From: an uncultured delta proteobacterium
Lineage (GTDB): Bacteria; Desulfobacterota; Binatia; UBA9968
Direction: 5' to 3'
Length of the DNA: 64,000 nt
Assembly: GCA_963737905.1 (NCBI GenBank)
Contig: CAVTUQ010000012.1
Location: forward strand, 96,001 to 160,000
Shown here: in pieces, positions 18,911 to 30,345 of the stretch
Numbering within the stretch: the stretch's first letter is position 1
Layout: each line of letters begins with the position of its first letter
The notes under the pieces: generated by a model
Databases searched by the model: none
Told to the model about the DNA's origin: nothing
The model's input: only the letters and a program-made list of their open reading frames with translations
Position numbers and translations under genes: made by a program

Positions 18911-19249
18911 GAAACATTTCTCCTATTCGACGTACATTTTGGATGGACGCTATCATCACTAATTGCTCTGGGTCAACAATAGCTTGAGGTCCCGGCTCTT
19001 TTCGCGTCCAAGTTTTAACATGAAGATCAAGTCGTTATTAGTTGACAAATAGTGGGCTAGCGGCTACACACCAAACTCGAAATAACAGTTTTTTATCCAG
19101 AGAAGTTCTTACGTTCACGCCAATGCCATACCAACGAGGCGACTGCGGAATTCACGACGTTGAATAAAAAAAGATTCCAGTCGACGTGCTATGGTCTTAT
19201 CTTACCGTTTCCATCATAGTGGTACTCAGCGTCGTTGGAGGAAATTGCA

Positions 19250-20269
19250 ATGAAGAATGAAACATCGAATGTCGGTCGACCCAAGTACGTTCCATTTGCT
19301 TTAACCAAAGATGTAGTAACAGAAATGTTTCCGGTGGAAACAGAACCCAAGATTCCGACGATGGACAAGCCGCTGATTATCGAAAGCGCCTGTCCTGGAT
19401 GGCAGTTAGGAGAAGTGCGATTCCCGGCTGTTCCAATCGCTTTGAAAGACCAGATCAAGGAGCAAGTCGACTCTCTAAAGGCGGGCGCCGTGATTGCGCA
19501 CATTCATCCCCGAGACCCTAAGACTGGGTTGGCCCAAATGAACCATGAACTCCTGGCAGAAGTTTTGGATGGTATCTTTGCTGAAGTAGGGGACTGTGTC
19601 ACATTCACTGATTCCTTGTACCCGGTGCTTAACGCAGAAGTGGACTGCATCATCGGCACGGAAAGGTTATTGGAGTTGGGGCACGGCAATAAATACGTTC
19701 AGGGGTCTTTGATGGTTCCTGTTGGCCACCGTCGTAGGGGCCAGCCATCATATTTTAGCGTAAGCGGTGCAGTAGAGGGAGTCAAGTGGATGGAAGCACA
19801 TGATGTAAAGCCTGTATATCAGCTGTTCGATACAAACACCCACCTCGGTTTCAAACGGCATATTTTCGATAAGAGCGTCGACAAGGTTAGGCCCCGTATC
19901 ATGAATATCCAATTAGGCAAGCATGATGCCCACGTTTCTAACCAAGATCCGTGGTCGTATTTGCAGCTCATAGCTAATATGAACATGGTGAAAGCAAACA
20001 TTCCTGAAAGTCTTATTGGCTTATATCCCGGCGGTCGAAACTGGCTGCCCATGGTGGCGATGGGTATCATGGCCGGGGTTGATATCGTCAGAGTAGGAAT
20101 CGAAGACTGTTATTGGCTGTATCCACATAAAGATGAAATCATCAAGAAGAATTCTGACGTGGTGAAAATGACGGTAGACATCGCAACCATACTTGGTAGA
20201 CGGGTTGTGACGAACGCAGGGGAAGCGCGAAGAATATTGGGAATAACATTGACTTCAAAATTGAATTGA
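19250..20269 (+). CDS. Beta-keto acid cleavage enzyme (3-keto-5-aminohexanoate cleavage/DUF849 family)
   Basis: PLIIE...G, GAVIAHIHPRDP, VRVGIED. Confidence 0.85.
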   Translation: MKNETSNVGRPKYVPFALTKDVVTEMFPVETEPKIPTMDKPLIIESACPGWQLGEVRFPAVPIALKDQIKEQVDSLKAGAVIAHIHPRDPKTGLAQMNHELLAEVLDGIFAEVGDCVTFTDSLYPVLNAEVDCIIGTERLLELGHGNKYVQGSLMVPVGHRRRGQPSYFSVSGAVEGVKWMEAHDVKPVYQLFDTNTHLGFKRHIFDKSVDKVRPRIMNIQLGKHDAHVSNQDPWSYLQLIANMNMVKANIPESLIGLYPGGRNWLPMVAMGIMAGVDIVRVGIEDCYWLYPHKDEIIKKNSDVVKMTVDIATILGRRVVTNAGEARRILGITLTSKLN

Positions 20270-20302
20270 TGACCCATATAAACCTTAAGGCAAAAACGAT
20301 TT

Positions 20303-21275
20303 ATGAAAATTATAAAGGTATTGCTAGCGTTGGCTTTGTTATCCGGCATCTTTTTTGCGCCCCCAGTCTATGCGGCGGAACCACGCAAAATGATCGTTCC
20401 CTATACGCCTCTCACAGGTGCGTCAACTCCTTTTTGGATTGCCATAGAAGAAAAACTCTTCCAAAAATACGGTCTCGAGATAGGGCCGCTCTTCATTTCC
20501 GGAGGCTCCAGTGCGATCGTTCCTGCAATGACTTCGGGACAATTCGACATCGGCGCGGTTGGTGGGGGTGCTGTGGTTTTGAACCGGTTTGGCGGTGGAG
20601 ATCTGATTACCATCGGCGCACAAACCGGTGTCTATACGACTGACTGTTTTGCCAAGCCGGAAATCAAATCCATTCGCGATCTCAAGGGGAAAACCATCGC
20701 GGTGACGCGCTTCGGGACTTCGACTCACTTTGCCGGATTGTCCATGTTGCGATTGGGCGGCCTCAAGCCAACCGATGTCGTTTTCATTCAGATAGGGGGC
20801 AGTCCGGAAGCCATCGCGGGACTTTCGAGCGGTAGGGTGGACGCGGCCATGCTGGGTTACCCGGCGAGTGAGGTAGCGCTGAAGAAAGGGTTTCGTCAGC
20901 TAACCGATCTAGCCAAGAACGAAGATGGAGCTTTTCCCACCACGGCGATCGCTGCTCGGGAATCGTGGCTGAAGGATCCCAAGAAACCGTGACATCGCCC
21001 TGAATTTTCTCCGCGCCTTCACTGAGGGATTAACATTGGCGAGGACAAACGCCGTCATCAGCAAAAAGGTGCTGCGCAAGTACACCCGAGTGGACGATGA
21101 GGCGGTGCTGCAAGCTACGTTTGAATATTACCGGCAGTACTTCGGCGAAACGCTCAAGGTCAACGAAAAAAGCTATGCTAATTTATTACAACTCCTCGAT
21201 CATCCCAAGGCCAAGAATGCCGATCCGAAGCAATTCTTCGACAACAGCCTTCTCGAACAGATACGCGGGTATTAA
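20303..21275 (+). CDS. ABC substrate-binding protein, NMT1 family (frameshift near 20985)
   Basis: LFQKYGL, DLKGKTIAVTRFGTS; C-terminus ADPKQFFDNS continues in another frame. Confidence 0.8.
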
Positions 21276-21311
21276 TTCCTATCCAAACTTCAGTTGCTGG
21301 AGGAAAAGAAG

Positions 21312-21668
21312 ATGAAACTCATCCGGGTATCGCTTGTAACGGCATTTCTATTGGCACTCTGTTTACCGTTAATGCCGCGGAACCTCGCAAAATGACGGTT
21401 CCCTACACACCGCTCACGGGTGCCTCTACTCCTTTCTGGATTGCCATAGAAGCAAAGCTCTTCCAAAAATACGGCCTTGAGATAACTCCTGTATTTGTTG
21501 CAGGCTCCAGCACCATCGTTGCTGCCATGACTTCGGGCCAGTTCGAGATCGGCGGGGTAGGCGGCGGAGCTGTAGTCTTAACCCGTTTCAGCGGTGGAGA
21601 CTTGATTACCATCGGGGCCCAAACCGGTGTCTACACAAACGACTGTTTTGCCAAGCCAGAGATTAAGC
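21312..21668 (+). pseudogene. Truncated tandem paralog of the preceding NMT1 binding protein
   Basis: VPYTPLTGASTPFWIAIE..LFQKYGLEI nearly identical to the upstream gene; frameshift near 21360; homology stops at FAKPEIK. Confidence 0.8.
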
Positions 21669-22838
21669 GGGTATCGCGGGCGCCGATGAGAAGGCCGTCG
21701 AGGACAAAAACAATCCCATTCAAAGGCTGAAATAAGGCGACGAACAAGATTACGCCGGCGCCAAGCAGAAACTTGACTTCGGTACTGTTTGTGAAGAATC
21801 TGGCAATAGCGTCCTGCGCTCCGAGAAACGCGATTCCAAATATAAGTCCGGCTACCGCGCCGCAAAGAATAAGAGCCTTGCCCATCGCAAGGCGGTTTCT
21901 TTTTGAGCGGCACCTAAATACTTTGCGACCAGTGCCTGTCCGGCCACAGCTAAACCGTCGATGACGTCCGAGCCAAGGAGCATCAGCTGAAAGGCGATCT
22001 CATGCGCTGATAAAACACTAGCTCCCATACGCGCTGCGCAGGCTGTCGCGAAAACTAGAGAACCACGCAGCGCACCGGTGCGGATGGCGAGATCGCTGCC
22101 GATGCGAAATAACGGCCGCATCCGGGTAATCGACATGCGCCACTTCACAGCCCTATACGCCGCCGTGGAACGGGAAAAGAAGAAAATCCCCAGACAAGTC
22201 ACTGCTCCAACAAGTTGACCGAACCAGGCCGCGATCGCGGCCCCGTTGAGACCCATGCGCGGCAGGCCAAAATGGCCATAGATCAGTCCGTAGTCAAGCA
22301 ACAAGTGCGTCCCGGTAATGAGAAAGGCGATGATCATCGGTGTTCTTGTGTCCAATGTGCCTCGGAAGAATCCTACCGAAGCGAAAAATATAAAAGTAAA
22401 AGGAGCGCTGGCGATATAGATGCGGAAGTAGGGGACTCCCTCGTGAATCACATTCGGTCCAGCGCCCATTAGGCTGTAAAGCGAGGTCGCAAGGAACAAG
22501 CCTGCGCAGGCAACTCCGACGCCTCCGAGCACTGCGAGAAATAGCGCGTGAAAATAGGTCTCGCCACAGGCTGGGAAATCCTGTGCGCCGTGGTGATAAC
22601 CCACCAGTGTCGTGGTACCGAAGCTGAGAAAGGTGAAAATCCAGTAGATCCCGCCGATGATCGCGGCGCCCACTGCGCGAGCCGCCAGCGGCTCGACGCC
22701 CAGCCGACCAATCATCGCCGTGTCGCCGATGCTCAGCAGCGGCTGGCTCGCCAGGGCGAGCATGGCCGGAACGGCCAAGCGGAGAATATCTTTAACGTGT
22801 GAACGAGACGAGCCTGCAGCAGCGACGAGGGTTGCCAC
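21669..22838 (-). pseudogene. MATE/DinF-family efflux transporter, frameshifted near 21900 and 3'-truncated
   Basis: ILRLAVPA, DTAMIGRLG, FFRGTLDTRTP, GLNGAAIA; second repeat stops at DGLLIGARDTR. Confidence 0.8.
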
Positions 22839-22849
22839 GATGGAGGGTA

Positions 22850-23765
22850 TTAGCCGATTTTTTGAACTTGATCGGGCGCGAGCTGCATTGGGAAGATCTC
22901 CGGATGAATGATGTGGGCGAGAATTTCAACACCATCGACCAAACGTGGCCCGGGACGGCTAAAGTAAGCATGCCCATTGACGGCGTAGATGTCGCCGGCT
23001 TTGACAGCTGGCAAATCATACCAGCCTGCGAGTTGTTTTAGCGCCGGTGCTTCTCCGAGTGTTCGGGCTACATCAAAGCCGCACGGCATCAAAACTATAA
23101 TATTAGGCGTAGAGTCTAGGACAGTTTGCCATTCAACTCTTGCGGATGGCTCACCGCTCCGGCCTAATACATCTTCAGCGCCCGCCAATTCAACCATCTC
23201 CGGCACCCAGTGACCCGCTGCGAAAACCGGATCGAACCATTCGAGGCAGGCGACTCTGGGACGAGCGGATGATTTTGCCACTTTCTCGCGTACTGCCGAG
23301 ATCCGCCGTTCGAGATCACCGATGACCTGCTCTGCTTTTTGACGTTGTCCAGTGGCTTCGCCGACGCGCGCCACGTCGCTCAAAACGTCGTTCAGGCAAT
23401 TAGGAGCGAGCGACACGATCTGCGGTTTTTTAGCGAGAGTTTCGGCTGGCGGCGACGACTTCATTGTAATCAATGGCACAAACGTCGCACAGTCCCTGGG
23501 TCAAGATGACGTCCGGCGCGGCTTCGCGCAGCCGCTCCTCGTCTATCGTATAAAGACCCTGGTTGTTCCGCAGCCTTTCACTGACCCATCGATCGATCTC
23601 GATGCTGGTCATCCGGTGCGAATCGATCAACTGTGCACTACGATCGGATTTTTGTCTCGCCTCGGCAGGATAGTCGCATTCGTGAGTGACACCCACCACG
23701 TCATCGCCCAAGCCTAGAGCGAAGGCGATCTCGGTGGCGCCGGGGAGTAGAGAACAGATGCGCAT
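22850..23765 (-). CDS. Cobalamin/Fe-siderophore-type periplasmic binding protein (BtuF-like), frameshifted
   Basis: RICSLLPGATEI, GVTHECDYP, TQGLCDVCA; AAGHWVPEM, YFSRPGPRLVDG in second frame. Confidence 0.85.
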
Positions 23766-23881
23766 AGACTAACGTGGAGCGTAGAATATTTTATGGTTAA
23801 CCAAGAGCAAAAGCTCGCTAAGCGGATCGTCGTGACCTAATATTGTCTGAGTTAACGTCTTTCGAAGACCCAGTCATATGT

Positions 23882-24653
23882 TCAGATGCCCGCGTACCAC
23901 GCGTAACCTTGATCTTCCCAGTAGCCGCCTTTACCCGCCGCGATGTTCTCATAGCTCGCGACGAACTCGATCTTGCGGATGTATTTGGCGTGTTTGTAAC
24001 CGAGCTGGGTCTCGATTCGTAGGCGCAGCGGCGCGCCATGTTCGACGGGCAGGGCGCGATCGTTCATCTCGTAAGCCAGAATGGTCTGAGGATGGTTGGC
24101 ATCTCGAAAGTCGATACTCTCGTAATAGTGAGCACCGCTGTCATCGGTATCCATGCAGTGAAAGACGACGTATTTGGCTTCCGGGGCCGGCGTGCACGCG
24201 CTGGATGATTTCCGTTAGAGGAACTCCTTTCCACTTCGCAATCGCGCTCCACCCTTCGACGCAATCGTGGCGGGTAATCTGGGTTCGCGAAGGCATCGAT
24301 CTTAGCTCGGCCAACGAAAACCAAGCCGGTTGCGTCACAGAACCGGTGATTTCCAACCGCCATGCCTTCCAGTCGTTTTTGGCATCCGCCACATAGTCCA
24401 TCGTAATCGGCGGCGGGTTGCCGTTAGGCTTAAAATAGCGCGAGATATCTCGCGCGGTGAATTCTTGGACGAGCTTATTCTTCCTGGTCAGTAGTCGTTG
24501 CAGGCGTTGATTCACGCTCTCCGCTGATTCCAGAACTGAGAGGAATTTTTGGTTTTGCTGAAGGCCGTTAAATGCCTTTTCGCAGCCGGATAGCAATAAC
24601 AAGCCCGCGCCTTGAGCGGCGCCGAGAAGCAGCTTTCGTCGGGATAGACTCAT
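23882..24653 (-). CDS. Tat-exported molybdopterin oxidoreductase (MsrP/YedY, sulfite oxidase family), frameshift near 24185
   Basis: SRRKLL twin-arginine, TRHDCVEGWS, HGAPLRLRIETQLGYK. Confidence 0.88.
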
Positions 24654-24658
24654 AGCAC

Positions 24659-25696
24659 TTACTCCTCGATATCCTTTTTTGCCTCATGAGCTTGGGTAGG
24701 CGAGCTTTGCGTAGAACTTTCCAAGCCGGGGCGTTCGTCTTGGGTCGTGGACTTGGCCAGTCCATTGTCCTCTGGTGCAGCTCCGGCGTCTGCCGGCTGC
24801 GTTTCCTCTGCGGGGGAAATCGTCTCAAGTTTCGGCGCCGCCAATGGCTTTGATGACGGTGTGGTGTCGGATGCTTGAATCACTTCCTCATTGGCGGATT
24901 GAAGCCGTGCCGGCCCCTTTTCCTTGTACCAGCCGGTAACCATGGAACGCATGTTGTTGAGCGCGCCGGTCACCAGCACCATGAAAACGTGACCGAAGGT
25001 AAAACCGACGAAAAGAAAGGTCAGGATGAAGTGAATGCTGCGCGCAGATTGCCGGCCGCCAAACATCGCCGGCAGCCAGTGAAACGCGGTATCCAGCTGC
25101 GGTGACATGGCCATGCCCGAGAGCATAATGAGCGGAGTCAGAACGAAGAATACGCTCGTGTACGCCAATTTTTGCAGCGGATTGTACTCGCCTTCTTGAG
25201 GCGATTCTTTGCGGATTCGAAAGTAATAAAGCGCCATGGCAGGCACGCGGGAAGCTTCTGTCGGTGTCAGTAAAAATTTCCGCATGTGGCCGTTGGCGAT
25301 GTTGTAGATGACGTAGAGAAGTCCGTTGAGCGCAAATAGCCAGCCGAAGAAAAAATGCCATCGCCGACCGCCCGCCAACCAGAAGTATCCCGGAACGGTC
25401 AGCCAGCTTGGAAAGGCGCGCGGGGCCGGGCCCATCTCCGTGTGCTGCACTCCGAGAACGCCCGTCGTGTCGAATTCCCAGCCATAGATACGGAAGAAAC
25501 CGCGAACCTCGCCGTCCTCATTTGTTGCCGCAATCGAAAGAAACGCCTGGTCAGGCTCCGAAGTGCTTCCCCAATAAAGATGGGGATGGGCGTTGAAGAT
25601 TTGAAAACCGCTCATCACCAGGATGATTAACGCCAACGCGTTGACCCAATGCGTTGTGCGCGTGATGCGGTTGTGGCGGTAAACTGGTTTTTCCAT
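24659..25696 (-). CDS. Cytochrome b/b6 domain membrane protein (YdhU/PhsC-like) with low-complexity acidic tail
   Basis: RTTHWVNA, SGFQIFNAHP, RRWHFFF, YNPLQK, ARSIHF, HVFMV. Confidence 0.88.
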   Translation of the reverse strand: MEKPVYRHNRITRTTHWVNALALIILVMSGFQIFNAHPHLYWGSTSEPDQAFLSIAATNEDGEVRGFFRIYGWEFDTTGVLGVQHTEMGPAPRAFPSWLTVPGYFWLAGGRRWHFFFGWLFALNGLLYVIYNIANGHMRKFLLTPTEASRVPAMALYYFRIRKESPQEGEYNPLQKLAYTSVFFVLTPLIMLSGMAMSPQLDTAFHWLPAMFGGRQSARSIHFILTFLFVGFTFGHVFMVLVTGALNNMRSMVTGWYKEKGPARLQSANEEVIQASDTTPSSKPLAAPKLETISPAEETQPADAGAAPEDNGLAKSTTQDERPGLESSTQSSPTQAHEAKKDIEE

Positions 25697-25712
25697 TGGC
25701 TACCTAGCGGAA

Positions 25713-27047
25713 TTAAGCGATCCCCTTACCCAACTCGGTCGTGCACGGGCACTGGTCGGGAAAGCGCTCGCATTCGACGTCCTGGACTTGAGCGATCTTC
25801 GCTTCTTCCACTTTCTTGACCTGGGTTCTAAGCTTCTGGGTGATGACAAGCCAGATCGCAACGGTCGCCAGAGTGAACCAAACCATCCAGCTGGTATCGA
25901 GCGGCATGGGAAGCACCCCTTTTGAAGCGGCTTGCTTGAGCCAAAGAAGAATAACGACGGCGCCTACTATCTCTGCGATCCTCGCGCCGATGCCGTCCAC
26001 GGCGAGCTTTACGGCAGAGCGTTCGGTGGAGTCCAGCGGGATGAAAGCCTGCTCCCAGATCGACCGGTGCACCGACGAGCGCAGGCCCCCTTCCGTCACG
26101 CGCAAAACGGAGCGGCTAAGCGCGGTCGCCGCAGCGGTCACGAAACTGGCTGCGCCAATGAGGGCCAAGGGCAGCACCATAAGACCGCCTCGTAATCCGA
26201 CCTTATCCTGTATCTTCGGTGTTGCAAAGAGTTGGAGCAGCAAGGACATAAAATTTAGCAGGATGTAGAAATTGGCGAAGAAACTCGTGTTGCCCTTCGA
26301 GCCCATGTTGGCGCTGGCTGCCGCTGCGTAAAACTGGAAATCTATCAACAAACCTGCGAGCGCCCCGGTCATCGAAATGAACAAGAGCGTGAGAGAATAC
26401 CTGTTGGTGAGCGGGGTCAAAAATCCGGCCTTTTTATCGCCATCCTTTTTGGCCAGAATGTTGGTGGGAAAGCGGCTGTGAATGTGCATGACCAGTGAGA
26501 CCACGCCCAGGATGACGACCGCTCCCAACAAGATCAACCATTTTGGGTCGAGATAGGGAGCGAGGCCCTTGGAAATCAAGCCGCCCGTCATGCCGCCGGC
26601 CAGCGTCCCGGCGCCGATTCTACTAAAGGCTCGCGCGGCCTGGCGTTTCTCAGTTTTTTCGAAAATGTCGGCGGCCAAGAGCCACAGACTCGCAAACAGG
26701 AGTCCGAAAATGGCTGGAATGAAGATGAAAACGGCCAGCAGTAATACATTGTCTCCAGGCTCCAAAAAGGGAGCCGTGACAGCCATGGTCACGGCGGCAA
26801 GCAGCAGGACTCCGACCCGAGCAGGCCGCGCGCCCCAGCTCTTCATTGCTTTGACGAAGATCAGAGCGAGCGGCAAGGAGGCCGCGCCGATATTGATATA
26901 GATGAGCGGCAGCTGGAGCAGCCCTCCGCTGCCCTGAAAGAAGAGCGCATCACGTCCGGTCTTCGCGATAATAAAGGCCAATGTCGCGAGTCCGAGGCAG
27001 AGAGCGGGAAGCAGAGTTCGCAGGCGACCGTCGCGGTTTTCAGTCAT
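25713..27047 (-). CDS. Npt1/Npt2 (TLC ATP/ADP translocase-like) MFS transporter
   Basis: KTGRDALF, W..AADIF....A.RAF..IG, IDFQF, RSSVHRS..EQAFIP. Confidence 0.7.
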   Translation of the reverse strand: MTENRDGRLRTLLPALCLGLATLAFIIAKTGRDALFFQGSGGLLQLPLIYINIGAASLPLALIFVKAMKSWGARPARVGVLLLAAVTMAVTAPFLEPGDNVLLLAVFIFIPAIFGLLFASLWLLAADIFEKTEKRQAARAFSRIGAGTLAGGMTGGLISKGLAPYLDPKWLILLGAVVILGVVSLVMHIHSRFPTNILAKKDGDKKAGFLTPLTNRYSLTLLFISMTGALAGLLIDFQFYAAAASANMGSKGNTSFFANFYILLNFMSLLLQLFATPKIQDKVGLRGGLMVLPLALIGAASFVTAAATALSRSVLRVTEGGLRSSVHRSIWEQAFIPLDSTERSAVKLAVDGIGARIAEIVGAVVILLWLKQAASKGVLPMPLDTSWMVWFTLATVAIWLVITQKLRTQVKKVEEAKIAQVQDVECERFPDQCPCTTELGKGIA

Positions 27048-27170
27048 GTTGCAATAACCTGGGGCATGGCCCGTTAGTTCCCTTTATATCAATCCTGCAG
27101 GTCTGATTCGAAATTGGGCGCAGCCTGTTCGACGTGGCCCAGGGTCGAGGTGAGCCTTGTCGAATCACGA

Positions 27171-29888
27171 CTAAAAAATTCGGGGGTGATGGCTTGGAAA
27201 TAGATTCGTCGCTAGGTGTTCTGATACCCCGTCAGCTTGCTGCAGGGTAATTCCGTCCCCGTACTGTTGGATCAACTTCGCCACCAGGGCGGTCCAGCCG
27301 GTCTGATGGCTTGCGCCGATGCCGGCGCCGTTGTCGCCGTGGAAACACTCGTAAAACGGGATGAGGTCTCGCCAATAGGGGTCAGTTTGAAACTTTCGAG
27401 TGCCGCCGAAGACAGGCCTCCGCCCGTCTTTGGCGCGCATAAAGATGCGCGTGAGTCGCTGTGAAATTTCACCTGCGACTTCCCAGAGGTTGAACATTTG
27501 GCCGGATCCTGTCGGACATTCGACCTTATAGTGGTCGCCCAGAAAGAAGTGAAACTTTTGCAGCGATTCAATGAGCAGAAAATTCACCGGGAACCAGATC
27601 GGCCCGCGCCAATTGGAGTTGCCGCCGAACAGGCCGGTGCTCGACTCCGCCGGCTCGTAATCGACCCGATATTCCATACCATCGGCCTTGAGGGTATAGG
27701 GGTGATCGTGGTGAAAGCGCGAGAGCGCGCGTATGCCGTAGGGCGAGAAGAATTCATTTTCGTCCAACATGTAATGCAGCACACGTTTCAAACGGTGCCG
27801 GTTTATCAGCGACAAAAAGCGGCGCGGACCCTCATCCGTCGATTCAGTTTCAATATAATTGCTCAGCTCAGGCCGGTTCTCCATAAACCACTGCAGGCGC
27901 CGTTTGAATCCGGGCAAGTCATCGACGATGGTCGGGTCCAATGTTTCTACCGCATAGAGCGGTATTAGCCCCACCATCGATCGCACTTTCATTGGAAAAC
28001 GTCGGCCGTCCGGCATATTTAGGACGTCGTAGTAGAAACCATCCTTGGCATTCCATAGTTCGATTCCCGCGCCGCCGAGATTATTCATTGCCTCGCAGAT
28101 GTAAACAAAGTGCTCGAAAAATTTACTGGCGACGTCTTCATAGGCAGGGTTTTCCCGAGCTAACTCCAGCGCGATGACTAGCATGTTGAGGCAGTACATC
28201 CCCATCCAGCTAGTAGCGTCGGATTGCTCGATATGGCCCCCGGTCGGAATAGGCTTGCTGCGGTCGAAGACACCGATGTTGTCCAGGCCGAGAAAACCAC
28301 CCTGAAAGACATTTCGCCCGTCGGTGTCTTTGCGATTCACCCACCAGGTGAAATTCAGCAAGAGTTTTTGAAAAATTCGTTCGAGAAATTTGCGGTCGGC
28401 CTTGCCGCGGCGTTTTTTTTCGACTTTGTAAACGCGCCATGTGGCCCAGGCGTGTACCGGCGGATTGACATCGCCTAAAGCCCACTCGTAGGCAGGCAGC
28501 TGGCCGTTGGGATGCATGTACCACTCGCGGGTCATCAAAACGAGCTGTTCCTTGGCGAAGTCCGGATCGACTAACGCCAGGGCGACGCAGTGAAAAGCCA
28601 GGTCCCAAGCCGCATACCACGGATATTCCCACTTGTCCGGCATGGAAATCACGTCGGCATTGTATAGCTGGCGCCATTCATGGTTTCGGCCCTTGAGCCT
28701 TTCACCCGGCGGTTCCGGACCCACGGGATCGCCTTTGAGCCAGCGGGTTACATCATAATGATAGAATTGCTTGCTCCAGAGCAGGCCGCCGAGCGCCTGG
28801 CGCATGATATTCTTATGATCCGGCGTTACGGCGGGGATTACCGTGCGGTAAAACTCATCGGCCTCGTCGCGACGTAAGTTGAAGATTCTTTCGAATTCTC
28901 CGTCGAGCGGTTGAATGCTCGACGGTGAAACATGGGTCAGCCGCGCCCTTACGGTAAAAGACTCTCCTGGGGCCAGGGTCTTGGTGTAATGCGCTGCTCC
29001 CTTGGTTCCTGAGGCTTCGGGGTTTACGGCTGTTCTTACCCCATGCACGAGGTAGTCGTTGATGCCGTCTTTGACATAGGGAGAGTCATTTTCCGTATTG
29101 AAAAGCCTGTTCTTGTTGGTCTCGTTTTCAGTGAACAGCAATTGCGGATTTCCCTCGCAATAAAGCCAGCGGGTGCCGTAGTAGTAGTGGTCGAGCTTGA
29201 TCGCTGCGATCTCCGCGGATATGTCGCGCCGAAGTCGCGGCTTGCGCTCGTCCAATCCCCAGGACCAGGTGTTGCGAAGCCAGAGTGTGGGCAGCAAATG
29301 CAGTTTGGCGGCCTCAGTGCCCCGGTTGATGGCTTCGATGTGTATCAAAATGTCGTCCGGGCCGCCTTTGGCATATTCGACGAAGACGTCGAAGTAGCGG
29401 TTCTCGTCGAAGATTCCCGTGTTGATCAATTCGAATTCGAGGTCTCGTTTACCCCGTTTTCGATTCTCCTCGACCAGTCGCTCATAGGGAAATTCGGCGT
29501 GAGGATATTTGTAAAGAAATTTCATGTAGGAGTGGGTCGGCGTAGAATCGAGATAGAAATAATATTCCTTGACGTCTTCGCCGTGATTGCCTTGGTTGCC
29601 GGTGAGTCCGAAGAGGCGCTCTTTGAGGATCGGATCTTCGCCGTTCCACAGAGCCAGGGCAAAGCAGATGTATTGGTGACGATCGGAGATTCCCGCTATA
29701 CCGTCTTCACCCCAACGGTACGCGCGGCTGCGGGCGTGCTCATGGGGTAGATAGTCCCAGGCGGTCCCGTGGGCGCTGTAGTCCTCACGCACGGTGCCCC
29801 ATTGGCGGTCTGATAAATAGGGCCCCCAGCGCTTCCAGTTTGCCTTGCGCTGACGATCTTCCTGTAGTCGTTGCTCTTCCTGGGTCAC
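27171..29888 (-). CDS. GH63-like glucosidase (mannosylglycerate hydrolase MGH1-like)
   Basis: [54 protein letters not shown]. Confidence 0.92.
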   Translation of the reverse strand: MTQEEQRLQEDRQRKANWKRWGPYLSDRQWGTVREDYSAHGTAWDYLPHEHARSRAYRWGEDGIAGISDRHQYICFALALWNGEDPILKERLFGLTGNQGNHGEDVKEYYFYLDSTPTHSYMKFLYKYPHAEFPYERLVEENRKRGKRDLEFELINTGIFDENRYFDVFVEYAKGGPDDILIHIEAINRGTEAAKLHLLPTLWLRNTWSWGLDERKPRLRRDISAEIAAIKLDHYYYGTRWLYCEGNPQLLFTENETNKNRLFNTENDSPYVKDGINDYLVHGVRTAVNPEASGTKGAAHYTKTLAPGESFTVRARLTHVSPSSIQPLDGEFERIFNLRRDEADEFYRTVIPAVTPDHKNIMRQALGGLLWSKQFYHYDVTRWLKGDPVGPEPPGERLKGRNHEWRQLYNADVISMPDKWEYPWYAAWDLAFHCVALALVDPDFAKEQLVLMTREWYMHPNGQLPAYEWALGDVNPPVHAWATWRVYKVEKKRRGKADRKFLERIFQKLLLNFTWWVNRKDTDGRNVFQGGFLGLDNIGVFDRSKPIPTGGHIEQSDATSWMGMYCLNMLVIALELARENPAYEDVASKFFEHFVYICEAMNNLGGAGIELWNAKDGFYYDVLNMPDGRRFPMKVRSMVGLIPLYAVETLDPTIVDDLPGFKRRLQWFMENRPELSNYIETESTDEGPRRFLSLINRHRLKRVLHYMLDENEFFSPYGIRALSRFHHDHPYTLKADGMEYRVDYEPAESSTGLFGGNSNWRGPIWFPVNFLLIESLQKFHFFLGDHYKVECPTGSGQMFNLWEVAGEISQRLTRIFMRAKDGRRPVFGGTRKFQTDPYWRDLIPFYECFHGDNGAGIGASHQTGWTALVAKLIQQYGDGITLQQADGVSEHLATNLFPSHHPRIF

Positions 29889-30345
29889 GGTCGTGGGCTT
29901 AAACCTTCTCGCAGGCTGCTAAATTTAAGCGCTCTGGAGTTCTCTCGTCTTCGATTTTATCACATTGTCAACCTGGCGGCCCGTTTTATCAAGACGTTCT
30001 GGAAGTACGTGCGCCAATTGTTTGTGAGCAGCGCTGTGGAAAAAGCCTTCCGCCACCTTCACCGGCATCGACGCCGGAGCGCCCCAAGGAATTCGAACCG
30101 AAGTTTACCGGGAAAATCTTGATGGTTAGTTAGATGCCACGGGTTTGTGAAAAGATGCGCCTTGCATTACTGTGCGCCGGGAAAACCCGACGGCAGAACA
30201 ATTCTAGCGCAGTGGTGATTAAGATGCCCAGTCCAAAAGGGCTATTTGATCGAACGGTTTAGGACTACTGAAGGATTCCAGCGGTGATGGGTAATCGATA
30301 GACTACGGGCCCACGAAGTGTCGAACGGCCCCCGCGTCAAGCGAC

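Noticed and set aside
23766-23881. Cobalamin riboswitch upstream of the BtuF-like gene
   Set aside because: Gap is only ~115 nt and no B12-box-like sequence is recognisable
18178-24653. Programmed ribosomal frameshifting
   Set aside because: Breaks are in unrelated enzyme and transporter genes, lack consistent slippery sites and cluster spatially, fitting sequence error
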